A DNA stretch of 34,944 nt, taken from contig CAYUZD010000001.1 in the NCBI GenBank assembly GCA_964449475.1, positions 1-34,944 of the forward strand. Reading direction: 5' to 3'. Every line of letters begins with the position of its first letter. Positions within the stretch are counted from its first letter, which is position 1. The notes beneath the pieces were generated by a model, which worked only from the letters and a program-made list of their open reading frames with translations, was not told the DNA's origin and ran no database searches. The DNA comes from an uncultured Nitrospirales bacterium (GTDB lineage Bacteria > Hydrogenedentota > Hydrogenedentia > Hydrogenedentales > GCA-2746185). Below are positions 7,031 through 15,417 of the stretch, piece after piece. The position numbers and the translations under genes are program-made.

Positions 7031-8509
7031 CTAATGCGCGGACGGCGCGTCGCGGTATTCGAGCGGAGGCGGTTGGTCCGGCTCGAGCATGGCCTCGTAG
7101 CGATAGTATTGGGTCCGGCGTTGGAGTTCTTCGCGCGCTCGCCCGAGCAGCGCGGGATCGTGCGCGAGGTCCCAGGCCGTCGCGGCGAGGACGCGCGCGG
7201 CGAGTTCCATGCCTTTGCGTCCGATCGTGGTTCCGCCGGCGGCCGTCGCCTGCCAGGAATGCGCGGGCGTGCCCGGTACCCAACACGCCGTGCGGAAACC
7301 GGTCGTGGGAGCGACCCACGACACATCGCCAACGTCTGTCGACCCCTTGCTGAGATCGCCGTCGCGGTCGATAACTTCGCCGGCCATCGAGAGCGGAGCG
7401 GGCGCGGCCAACGTGCGCTGAATTTCGCGCGCGAAGGACTCCTCCTCCGGCGTATAGGTGATGTGCGTGAACTCCTTCAGGTTTCGCAGCGTGACTTCCG
7501 TGAGCGCGTCGTTCGGCAAGAGGTTGTAGGTCCCGCCAAGCGGCTCGATTTCGAGGCGCGTCTCCGTGGCGAGCGCGCCGGCCTGCGCGCAGAGCACGAG
7601 CCGCCGGTAGAGGTCGCGCACGACGCGCGGATCGGGATGCCGGACGTAGTAATAGCTTTCGGCGAAGGCCGGGACGACGTTTGGGGCGTCGCCGCCCGAT
7701 GTGATGACGTGATGGATGCGGGTGAAGTCGGGAGTGTGTTCGCGCAAGAGCTGGGCCGCGTGATTCATGAGTTCGACGGCGTCAAGCGCGGACCGGCCCT
7801 GTTCCGGGGAGCCGGCGGCATGGGCGGCCGTGCCGTGAAACCGGAACTTCGCCGCGAACCGCGACAGGTTGGTGGGATCGCCAGCGGTGTTGCGATCCCC
7901 GGGGTGCCAGTGCAGGACGGCGTCGCAGTCGTTGAACAGGCCCGCGCGCACCATGAAGACCTTCGCGGCGCCGCCCTCCTCGGCGGGCGTGCCGTAATAC
8001 CGAATCGTGCCGGGCAGTTCGCCGCGCTGGACGGCCTCGGCGAGCGCGAGGGCCGCGAGCATCGAGCCGGCGCCGAACAGGTGATGGCCGCAGGCGTGAC
8101 CATAATCGTTCCCCGGACGCGGCGTACGCGCGGGGACGGCCTCCTGTGCGAGCCCGGGCAACGCGTCGAACTCGCCGAGGATCCCGATGATCGGGGTGCC
8201 GGAACCGATCGTGGCGACGAAGGCCGTGGGGATGTCGGCCACGCCGCGTTCAACGCGGAAACCGGCGCGCTCCAACGTGTCGGAGAGCAACTTCGAGGAC
8301 TGGAGTTCCTGGTAGCCGGGTTCCGCCCAGTTCCAAATGCTGAGAGCGGACTGCCAGGTCTCGTCGAGGCGTCGATCGATCGCGTCGTTGAGGTGCGCGC
8401 GATCCGCGTGAACGGACGATGCCGTTGCGGCGGACACCGCAGCGATCAGGATTGTTCTGATTAGCACGCGACGCTCCAAATGACGTGTCGGTGGAGGACG
8501 ATGGGACAC
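7031..8509 (-). CDS. secreted M20-family amidohydrolase (AbgB/aminobenzoyl-glutamate hydrolase-like)
   Basis: N-terminal signal-like segment RRVLIRTILIAAVSAATASSVHA. Also GILGEFDALPG, HACGHHLFGAGS and YGTPAEEGGAAK, typical of M20D/AbgB-type peptidases. Confidence 0.8.
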   Translation of the reverse strand: MSHRPPPTRHLERRVLIRTILIAAVSAATASSVHADRAHLNDAIDRRLDETWQSALSIWNWAEPGYQELQSSKLLSDTLERAGFRVERGVADIPTAFVATIGSGTPIIGILGEFDALPGLAQEAVPARTPRPGNDYGHACGHHLFGAGSMLAALALAEAVQRGELPGTIRYYGTPAEEGGAAKVFMVRAGLFNDCDAVLHWHPGDRNTAGDPTNLSRFAAKFRFHGTAAHAAGSPEQGRSALDAVELMNHAAQLLREHTPDFTRIHHVITSGGDAPNVVPAFAESYYYVRHPDPRVVRDLYRRLVLCAQAGALATETRLEIEPLGGTYNLLPNDALTEVTLRNLKEFTHITYTPEEESFAREIQRTLAAPAPLSMAGEVIDRDGDLSKGSTDVGDVSWVAPTTGFRTACWVPGTPAHSWQATAAGGTTIGRKGMELAARVLAATAWDLAHDPALLGRAREELQRRTQYYRYEAMLEPDQPPPLEYRDAPSAH

Positions 8510-8607
8510 CTTATGCGTTTCGCGCGGAGAATCTCAACTATCGGCGACAGCGCTTCGGCGGGAGTAGTGGCGGCGCGCCACGTGTTTTAACGCTGGTAAA
8601 CTTTGAT

Positions 8608-8636
8608 TTGATTGTTTGACGCTCGTGGCATAGAAT
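8608..8636 (+). promoter_or_regulatory. candidate sigma70-like promoter (TTGATT-17 nt-TAGAAT) for the DtxR-family gene
   Basis: TTGATT at 8608-8613, a 17-nt spacer, TAGAAT at 8631-8636. It sits 45 nt upstream of ATG 8681. Confidence 0.4.
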
Positions 8637-8680
8637 GTGGCTTCGAGTGTGGATTGTGCGTTGCACGTGGGAGAATCCGC

Positions 8681-9232
8681 ATGTCCAAAGAGATCAACGA
8701 TTCCGCGTACTGGCGCGAGTTCGAGAAAAACGAGCTCACGCATTCCGCGGCGCATTACTTGATGGCGATCGACGCGTTGCGCGAGGAACTCGGGTACGCG
8801 CGAGTGACGGACGTCGCGGATAAGCTCGAGGTGACGCGCGGCGCCGCCTCGATGTCCATCCGGCAGTTGAAGAAGCGCGGATGGGTGAAGGAAGACCCGA
8901 ACAGGTTCCTGTTACTCGCGGACAAGGGGTCCGAAATCGTCAATCTCGTCGAGCACAACTTCCGAATTCTGACGCGATTCTTCACGGATTTTCTGGGATT
9001 GTCCAAGGACACGGCATTCGCGGATGCGTGCAAGATGGAGCATCTGGTGAGCCTGGAGACCGGCAAGCGGCTCCTCGGCCTGATGCACTTCCTGGAAGCG
9101 CATCCGAAGCTGCTAAAGGAACTTGAGTCGTTCCTCAGGTCCGGCCAGGAACAGTGCGAAGACGTGGAAGGTTGCCCCATCTGCGAGGGTGAATGCTTGG
9201 CCGCGACGCGCGGCGAGTCGGCCTCGAATTAG
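8681..9232 (+). CDS. DtxR/MntR-family metal-dependent transcriptional regulator with a Cys-rich C-terminal tail
   Basis: LTHSAAHYLMAI..., YARVTDVADKLEVTRGAASMSIRQLKKRGWV (wHTH) and a dimerisation helix region. GGGAGA RBS lies 8 nt before ATG 8681. The track start at 8612 falls inside the promoter. Confidence 0.8.
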   Translation: MSKEINDSAYWREFEKNELTHSAAHYLMAIDALREELGYARVTDVADKLEVTRGAASMSIRQLKKRGWVKEDPNRFLLLADKGSEIVNLVEHNFRILTRFFTDFLGLSKDTAFADACKMEHLVSLETGKRLLGLMHFLEAHPKLLKELESFLRSGQEQCEDVEGCPICEGECLAATRGESASN

Positions 9233-9296
9233 ACGGACCGCACCTCGCGCGTATCATTCCGAATACGGTAGTGCTCCCGTCGATCGGGTCCGCGGG

Positions 9297-10262
9297 TCAC
9301 CCCCGGTACAGCACGAACGCGATGTAGGCGATGTAACTGCCGAAGAACAACCCTCCCTCCCACCGCTGCACGGTTTTTCCGGGACGACTGATGAACATCG
9401 CGGCGAACAGCGCGATCGAGGCGAGGTTCATCACGATCAAGTCGATGTTCGACGAGACGTCGTAGGCAATTGGCCAGAGCAATGCCGGGATGCCGAGCAC
9501 GAAGAAGATATTGAATATGTTCGAACCGACGACATTACCGATGGCGATGTCCGAATTCTTGCGAAACGCCGCGACGGCGGACGTGGCGAGCTCCGGCAGC
9601 GACGTACCGATGGCGACGACGGTGAGCCCGATGAACCGTTCGCTCATCCCCCACGACTCGGCGAGGCCCACCGCGCCTGAGACGGTGAGCCGGCCACCGA
9701 TCACAAGCCCGGCGAGTCCGCCGGCCATCAGCAGGAGCGCGAAGCCGGCCGTATGCGACGGCCGGTCTTCCTCTTCAAGGCTCGGGCCGGCGCCGCTGCG
9801 GACGACGAGCGCAATGTAGTAGAGGAAGACCGCGAAATAACCCAGCAGAACGAGACCGTCCGTGCGATCGAGGATCGCGGGGCTACCCTTGTCGAGGAAG
9901 GTGTCGTTCAACTGGAACGTAACCACCAGCGACGACAACACCATGAACGGTATTTCCCGGAAGACCGTATTGGGCTGAGCATGGACCGGCCGGATCATGG
10001 CGCAGATGCCGAGAATGAGCAGGACGTTGCAGATATTGCTGCCGACGACGTTTCCAATGACGATTTCCGGATTTCCCTCCATGCCGGCGACGACCGACAC
10101 GAGAAATTCGGGCATGGACGTGCCGAACGCGACGATGGTCAGGCCGATGACGATCTCGGGCACGCCGAGCCGGCGCGCGAACGAGGAGGAACCCGAGACA
10201 AGGTAGTCGGCGCCTTTGATGAGCAACGCGACGCCGACGCAGAAGTAGATGTAGTTGAGCAA
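9297..10262 (-). CDS. Ca2+/Na+ antiporter, CaCA (YrbG-like) family
   Basis: Two alpha-repeats, GTSMPEF..GNVVGSNICNVLLILG and GTSLPELATS..GNVVGSNIFNIFFVLG, with ~10 TM segments. The annotated start is a TTG, so the start is uncertain. Confidence 0.85.
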   Translation of the reverse strand: MLNYIYFCVGVALLIKGADYLVSGSSSFARRLGVPEIVIGLTIVAFGTSMPEFLVSVVAGMEGNPEIVIGNVVGSNICNVLLILGICAMIRPVHAQPNTVFREIPFMVLSSLVVTFQLNDTFLDKGSPAILDRTDGLVLLGYFAVFLYYIALVVRSGAGPSLEEEDRPSHTAGFALLLMAGGLAGLVIGGRLTVSGAVGLAESWGMSERFIGLTVVAIGTSLPELATSAVAAFRKNSDIAIGNVVGSNIFNIFFVLGIPALLWPIAYDVSSNIDLIVMNLASIALFAAMFISRPGKTVQRWEGGLFFGSYIAYIAFVLYRG

Positions 10263-10413
10263 CCGTGAAACCCCGGAATTCTTCAGGAGGGACTCGGCGA
10301 TCGTAACATGTAGAGGCGTTTGATTTCCTGTCGGACCCGTTGTCCGGCGTATGGGCGCGACGTTATGCTACGTGGACGATCCGATGAGTGGGATCGTGTG
10401 AAGGAGTGAAGGC

Positions 10414-11685
10414 ATGCAAGAACCATTGGGCGTGACGCGGCGGGGATTTCTTTCGGCGGGTACGATCGCGGCGGGCGCGATGGCGATGTCCGCGCGTAGT
10501 CATGCCCGGACGATCGGAGCAAACGATCGGTTGGGCGCGGCGATCGTCGGTTGCGGCGGCATGGGCGGGAGCCACTTGGACACACTCATCGCGATCGCGG
10601 CGGAAGACAACATCGATGTGCGGATGACGTGCGACGTGAACCCCGAACGCGCGAACGCCTTTCGCGATCGCGTGAACGATTCAGGCGGCAAGGCCGTTGC
10701 CGTGACGGACTATGACAATGTGCTCGGCAGCCCGGATATCGACTACATATTGGTCGCCGTTCCGGAGCACGGCCACCACTACCTGACGATGGAGGCGCTC
10801 GGCGCCGGAAAGCACGTCTACTGCGAAAAGCCGATGTGCTACGACGTCCGCGAGGCGAAGGAGGTTGTCGAGAGGGCCGCGCAGACCGGCCTGAAACTTC
10901 AGGTTGGTGTGCAGGGCATGGCGGATGACAGCTATTCGTCGGCGCTGGACGCGATCCGCGCCGGAAAAATCGGCAAGGTCGTCGCCGCGGAAATCGAGTA
11001 TGTGCGAAATCATCCAGCCGGCAGCGGGCCATGGCGCAGGACGAGTGTGTCGGACGCGACGGCGATGCCGGAAGGGCTGGACTGGGCGCGCTGGCTCTAT
11101 CCGCGGGAGCCGCGGCCTTGGGACCCGCACCATTACTTCGAGTGGCGGTGTTACCGCGCGTACTCAGGGGGCATCGCGACCGATTTGTTCGTGCACCGCA
11201 TCACGCGGATCATCCGCGCGTGCGGGCTGACGTTTCCGGCACGGGTCGCAGGCCTGGGCGGGATCTACACGTGGAACGACGGGCGCGATCTGCCCGACAG
11301 CATGGAGATGTTGCTCGAGTATCCCGCGGTCGAGGGTGTGACGGACGGCATGACGGTGCGCCTATTGGGTACGATGGCGAACAAGCGGCCGAGTCCGCAT
11401 TGCATTCGCGGCAAATCTGGGACACTAGTCTTTACTTCGACGGGCTGGGACATCATCTCAGAGGATGATGGCAAGACCTCGGAATCGCACGTCAAGACCG
11501 GCGGCGAGGATCTGCGTCCGCACCACATGAACCATCATGCCGCGATCCGGACGGGCGAAGCGTTGTTCTGTCCGCCGGAGTTGGGCCTGTACGGCGTGGT
11601 CGCGGCGCGGATGGGCAATCTGTCCTGGTTCCAACAGAAGATGGTAGCGTGGGACGCGGATAACGAGTACGTCGTGGCGTTGTAG
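10414..11685 (+). CDS. Gfo/Idh/MocA-family oxidoreductase with twin-arginine (Tat) signal
   Basis: TRRGFLSAGTIAAGAMA Tat motif, then GAAIVGCGGMGGSH Rossmann and EKPM motifs. GAAGGAG RBS upstream. Confidence 0.85.
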   Translation: MQEPLGVTRRGFLSAGTIAAGAMAMSARSHARTIGANDRLGAAIVGCGGMGGSHLDTLIAIAAEDNIDVRMTCDVNPERANAFRDRVNDSGGKAVAVTDYDNVLGSPDIDYILVAVPEHGHHYLTMEALGAGKHVYCEKPMCYDVREAKEVVERAAQTGLKLQVGVQGMADDSYSSALDAIRAGKIGKVVAAEIEYVRNHPAGSGPWRRTSVSDATAMPEGLDWARWLYPREPRPWDPHHYFEWRCYRAYSGGIATDLFVHRITRIIRACGLTFPARVAGLGGIYTWNDGRDLPDSMEMLLEYPAVEGVTDGMTVRLLGTMANKRPSPHCIRGKSGTLVFTSTGWDIISEDDGKTSESHVKTGGEDLRPHHMNHHAAIRTGEALFCPPELGLYGVVAARMGNLSWFQQKMVAWDADNEYVVAL

Positions 11686-11691
11686 CGCGGC

Positions 11692-13734
11692 TCAGGATGC
11701 GGACGACGTCTGCGTCTGCCGCTTGAAGTACGAGTACAATTCCTTGAAACCGCCCTTTTCGGCCAGCGAGACGGCCGTCTCGCCGGAGTTGTTCCAGGTG
11801 AGCGGATCGGCGCCGCGTTCCACCAGCGCCCTCGCGAAGTCCACTTTGCCGGTTTCGCTGGCAAGGTGAAGCGGCGTGTTCCCGCGCGAATCCTTGACCT
11901 CAACGCGATATCCCGCGGCGATCATCGGTTCGAGGAGGTCGATTCGGCCGTCCTTCGCGGCGATGTGGAGCGGGCCGCCGAGCGGACTCTTGGTATCGGG
12001 CGTTGCGAAACCGTTCTTGAGGAGCATCAGCGCGACTTCGTCGGTTGAATTGAGTACCGCGGTCTCGATCGGGCTGCGGCCGGCACCAAGCCAGGCGCCC
12101 TTGTCGGCGCCGTACTCGAGAAGCACGCGCACGATTTCGGACTGATTGGTTTCCACCGCGATGGCGAGCGCGGATTCACCGTACAGCCCCTGAATTGAGA
12201 GCGCCTTGGGATCGTCCTGGCAATACTGCCGCACGCGGTCGGCATGTCCGAACCGGGCAGCATGCGTAACGTCGTATGGCACCCGGCCGACACCGCCGTC
12301 GTCGCTCGCGTTCGCGCCGGCATCCAGCAGCGCCTTGGCGACACGGCCGAGGGCGAGCGCGCGCTGCGAGGAACGCGGCAGCGACGCGACCGCCCTGGCG
12401 ACGCGATGCAGCGGAGTCCCCACACCTTCCATGCGCGCGTTGGGGTCTGCGCCCTGAATCAGCAACTGGCGGAGCTGTTCCGTTTCATCCTTGCCGGCAT
12501 CCGGATCATCGTCCCTGCTGCGCTCGATGGCCTTGACCGCCTCCGCGGTCGCGTCATGCGCCAGTCGCGCGCCCTCTTCCGATGCGCCGACGTGCGCCCC
12601 ACGGTCAATGAGCGCGGCGAAAAGCTCGTCGTCCGACTGGGCATAGGCGACGGATAGCGCGGTGCGGCCTGTATTGTCGCGCGCATTTATGTCCGCGCCG
12701 GCGTCGAGCAGGAGCCGGACGATGTCGGTCCGGCGCGCCTCGGCCGCGAGATGGAGCGGCGTGAGCTCGTTCTCATCACGCGCCTGGACATCGGCCTTTG
12801 CTTTGACGAGCACCAAGACGATCTCGGGCCGGGCCGACGCCGCGGCGAGCATGAGCGGCGTCCTGCCGTTCGCGTCCTTGGCGTCGATCTCAGCCTTGCG
12901 GCTGCGGGCGAGTTCCGTTGCGAGTTTGGTCATGCCCCGGTCGGCCGCCAGGTGCAGCGCGGTCGCGCCGTCTTCCGTCGTGGCGGTCGTGTTCCCAGCG
13001 AACTGAATCAATTGTGTCGCGAGGGATTCATCGTTGGAAGCGATGGCCGCGAGTTGGATCCGGCTCATCAGCGCGCCCAATCTGTCGGTTGAGCTGGTAA
13101 ACGTCGTCGAGGCTTCGACACGCGCATATCGGACGGCTATAAGATTGACGGTGAGCAGAATTAGGATGACGAGTCCGCTGCCCACGTTGGCGCGGACCGC
13201 GATCGATCTATTGCGAAGCGAGTTCAGATACAGGACCGCGATGCACGCCCCGCCCAGAATGCCGGAGGCGAACCCGACGATGCCCGTGAGTCCTTCGCCC
13301 TGATCGGTGACCGCATAGAGACGATCAAGGTCGCGCCGAATGACTTCGGAATTGGCCAGTCGCATTGACGCGGTGAGACTGTCGATCTTTCCGCGGATGG
13401 CGGTCAGGCTTTCGAGTGCCGCCAGGTCGGAACGACTCTGCAGGTCGAACACGCGCGGCATCGCGATCGTAAACACGAGCGGCACCATCAATGCGAGCAA
13501 CGTCGCCCGAACGTAATGCTCGCGACGGAATCGGAATCGACGTGCGGGTGGCGCGCCAGTGGCTGACCGTGGCGCAGCGGCAGGCGTTGAAACCAACTCC
13601 AGCTCCGCGGACGACTGTGCACGGGACCGGACACTCCGGAAACACGCAGGACACACGTTTCCGGAGATAAGTTTCGTGATTTCAGTGACTTGCCCGCATT
13701 TTGGGCAGGTCACGTCCCCTTCGGCGACGGACAC
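11692..13734 (-). CDS. membrane-anchored ankyrin-repeat protein with N-terminal zinc ribbon
   Basis: CPKCG-x16-CPAC at the N-terminus, three hydrophobic segments, then ~10-12 ankyrin repeats (G.TALHLAA, GRTPLMLAA, LTPLHLAAE, GNTPLHLAS...). GTG start. Confidence 0.8.
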   Translation of the reverse strand: MSVAEGDVTCPKCGQVTEITKLISGNVCPACFRSVRSRAQSSAELELVSTPAAAPRSATGAPPARRFRFRREHYVRATLLALMVPLVFTIAMPRVFDLQSRSDLAALESLTAIRGKIDSLTASMRLANSEVIRRDLDRLYAVTDQGEGLTGIVGFASGILGGACIAVLYLNSLRNRSIAVRANVGSGLVILILLTVNLIAVRYARVEASTTFTSSTDRLGALMSRIQLAAIASNDESLATQLIQFAGNTTATTEDGATALHLAADRGMTKLATELARSRKAEIDAKDANGRTPLMLAAASARPEIVLVLVKAKADVQARDENELTPLHLAAEARRTDIVRLLLDAGADINARDNTGRTALSVAYAQSDDELFAALIDRGAHVGASEEGARLAHDATAEAVKAIERSRDDDPDAGKDETEQLRQLLIQGADPNARMEGVGTPLHRVARAVASLPRSSQRALALGRVAKALLDAGANASDDGGVGRVPYDVTHAARFGHADRVRQYCQDDPKALSIQGLYGESALAIAVETNQSEIVRVLLEYGADKGAWLGAGRSPIETAVLNSTDEVALMLLKNGFATPDTKSPLGGPLHIAAKDGRIDLLEPMIAAGYRVEVKDSRGNTPLHLASETGKVDFARALVERGADPLTWNNSGETAVSLAEKGGFKELYSYFKRQTQTSSAS

Positions 13735-13847
13735 CGGGCGTTCCCCTCATGGCGCATCACGCCGGTACGCTAAACTACCTAATGCTACCACAAAATGTTG
13801 ACTTTTGCAGGCCGTAACTGCGCAATGTGCTATTTTTCCGTATGGGC

Positions 13848-13876
13848 TTGACGATCCGCGCAAACGGGCGTATTCT
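13848..13876 (+). promoter_or_regulatory. sigma70-like promoter (TTGACG-17 nt-TATTCT)
   Basis: TTGACG at 13848-13853, a 17-nt spacer, TATTCT at 13871-13876. It lies upstream of the GTG at 13911. Confidence 0.45.
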
Positions 13877-13910
13877 GCTACTGAGAATCCCTTCTTATCT
13901 AGTACCGGCT

Positions 13911-14222
13911 GTGCGCAAACGTACTCAAAACGCGACTTGGCAACTCCGAATAGGGATTTCCCTGTCCGTTTGCCTGTTAATGGCGTTTGCCGGGCACGGG
14001 CTGCTGCATCACCCTGCCGATGACGGCGGCGCGCATTCGAGCCCGCATTGCGCCATCTGTCAGTCCGGAAGCGGCCATGGCATCGCCGTGGCCGCACCGG
14101 ATGCCGCGGCGCCCGTCACGGATGCCGCCGATCGGGAGCGTCCGACCGGACTCGATACCCCGCGCCTCGAACCGGACTGGGCGCCGTCCTCCCCACGCTC
14201 TCCTCCCGCGTTTCTGTCCTAA
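13911..14222 (+). CDS. small hypothetical membrane/secreted protein with a His/Cys motif (HH-x12-H-C-x2-C)
   Basis: Same frame as track ORF 13827..14222. That start lies upstream of the promoter, so I prefer GTG 13911, giving a basic N-terminus plus hydrophobic segment ([16 protein letters not shown]) and then [23 protein letters not shown] recognise no family. Start and coding status are uncertain. Confidence 0.4.
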   Translation: MRKRTQNATWQLRIGISLSVCLLMAFAGHGLLHHPADDGGAHSSPHCAICQSGSGHGIAVAAPDAAAPVTDAADRERPTGLDTPRLEPDWAPSSPRSPPAFLS

Positions 14223-14343
14223 CTCACTCCAAAGAACTCATCGAACAACTGCCCGACGCGTCACTGCCCGGTACCGTCCGCGCTTGGTGGCGGTACGCAG
14301 TGCGCGCGGCAAAGGACTGCAACCCAACACGAGGAATGTCGTC

Positions 14344-15297
14344 ATGAATAAGCACAAGCAGGGTTTCACCCTGATTGAATTACTGGTCGTCATTGCCATC
14401 ATCGGAATACTCGCGGCGATCCTGTTACCGGCGTTGGCGCGTGCGCGCGAAGCGGCGCGCCGAGCGAGTTGTCAGAACAATCTGAAACAGATCGGGCTGT
14501 CGCTCAAGATGTACGCGAACGAGACGCGCGGTGAACGGTTCCCGCGGCTGCAGATAACGAATTGCGTGCCGGAAGTGCACGCCGCATGGAACTGGATGTT
14601 CGACATGACGGCGATGTATCCGGAGTACCTGCCGGATCTCGACGTGCTGATTTGCCCGAGTTCGCTTGGCGGCTCAACCGCCATCGAGCGATGGGATGAA
14701 GGCGATACGGAAAGCCCGCTTTGGGACCCCGTGTCGAACCCGCTGTTGGGCGTGTCGAACGACGGGAAGCTGACCGGCTGCGAAGTGGTCGACCATCCGT
14801 ATTACTACTACGGCTGGGCGCTGCATCGGAACATGTTCCGGTCGCTGACGGAATTCGTCGTACTGGAGGAGGCGCTGATCTTCAACTACGAAGAGCGAAT
14901 CGATCCGTTTGCAGATGCCGATGACATCGAAGGCGCGCAGGACTTCGTCGACGGTTCACTCGTGCTGGAGACCGCGCCGGACGTCTTTGGCACGATTGAC
15001 GGGCGGGACCGGCTCGAACGGCTGCGCGAGGGGATCGAACGGTTCTTTATCACCGATATCAACAACCCTGGCGCGTCGGCCCAGGCGGCGTCGGATCTCG
15101 TGGTGATTCACGACGCGATTTCACCGGAAGCAGATCACTTCAACCACGTTCCGGGCGGAGCGAACGTCTTGTACATGGACGGCCATGTGGAGTTCCAGCG
15201 CTGGATTCCGTCGCCGGAAAACGTTGGCGGTCAATTCCCGGTAAACGGCGCGGGACTTGTTCTACACGAAGTACCCGAGGAGTTAATCGGGCAGTAG
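14344..15297 (+). CDS. prepilin-type N-terminal cleavage/methylation domain protein, DUF1559 / H-X9-DG family (type II secretion pseudopilin-like)
   Basis: [27 protein letters not shown] prepilin motif directly after MNKH. C-terminal [17 protein letters not shown] matches the H-X9-DG signature. The track start at 13987 is a long Arg-rich spurious extension. Confidence 0.85.
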   Translation: MNKHKQGFTLIELLVVIAIIGILAAILLPALARAREAARRASCQNNLKQIGLSLKMYANETRGERFPRLQITNCVPEVHAAWNWMFDMTAMYPEYLPDLDVLICPSSLGGSTAIERWDEGDTESPLWDPVSNPLLGVSNDGKLTGCEVVDHPYYYYGWALHRNMFRSLTEFVVLEEALIFNYEERIDPFADADDIEGAQDFVDGSLVLETAPDVFGTIDGRDRLERLREGIERFFITDINNPGASAQAASDLVVIHDAISPEADHFNHVPGGANVLYMDGHVEFQRWIPSPENVGGQFPVNGAGLVLHEVPEELIGQ

Positions 15298-15315
15298 CAG
15301 TCAGCGAAACACATC

Positions 15316-15344
15316 GCGGCGGCCGGAGCGCGTCCGGCCGCCGC
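15316..15344 (+). terminator. strong GC hairpin downstream of the prepilin-like gene (terminator-like, no clear U-tract)
   Basis: 12-bp perfect stem GCGGCGGCCGGA (15316-15327) / TCCGGCCGCCGC (15333-15344) with a 5-nt loop. The following sequence is T-poor. Confidence 0.4.
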
Positions 15345-15393
15345 CGCTTCGTCGAACCCGCCCGAATCTGTTAAGCTACTCAGGAACGAGATC

Positions 15394-15413
15394 TTTCTCC
15401 GAGTTTCTCCGAG
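15394..15413 (+). repeat. perfect tandem duplication of a 10-mer (TTTCTCCGAG x2) ending 4 nt before the DUF420 start codon
   Basis: Read directly from the sequence: 15394-15403 is identical to 15404-15413. Confidence 0.9.
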
Positions 15414-15417
15414 ACGC

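Noticed and set aside
7034-8464. 476-aa plus-strand ORF opposite the M20 amidohydrolase
   Set aside because: Shadow ORF. The minus-strand frame carries the M20 metal-binding motifs and a signal peptide.
13987-14343. Long N-terminal extension of the prepilin-like ORF (track start 13987). The same issue applies to track starts 2151 (pntAA), 8612 (DtxR), 18301 (hydrolase), 26368 (GT2), 26289 (TetR), 30467 (yajC), 31686 (tgt) and 34591 (jag).
   Set aside because: The extensions are Arg/Pro-rich, overlap promoters or neighbouring genes, and precede internal starts that reproduce canonical family N-termini with plausible RBSs.
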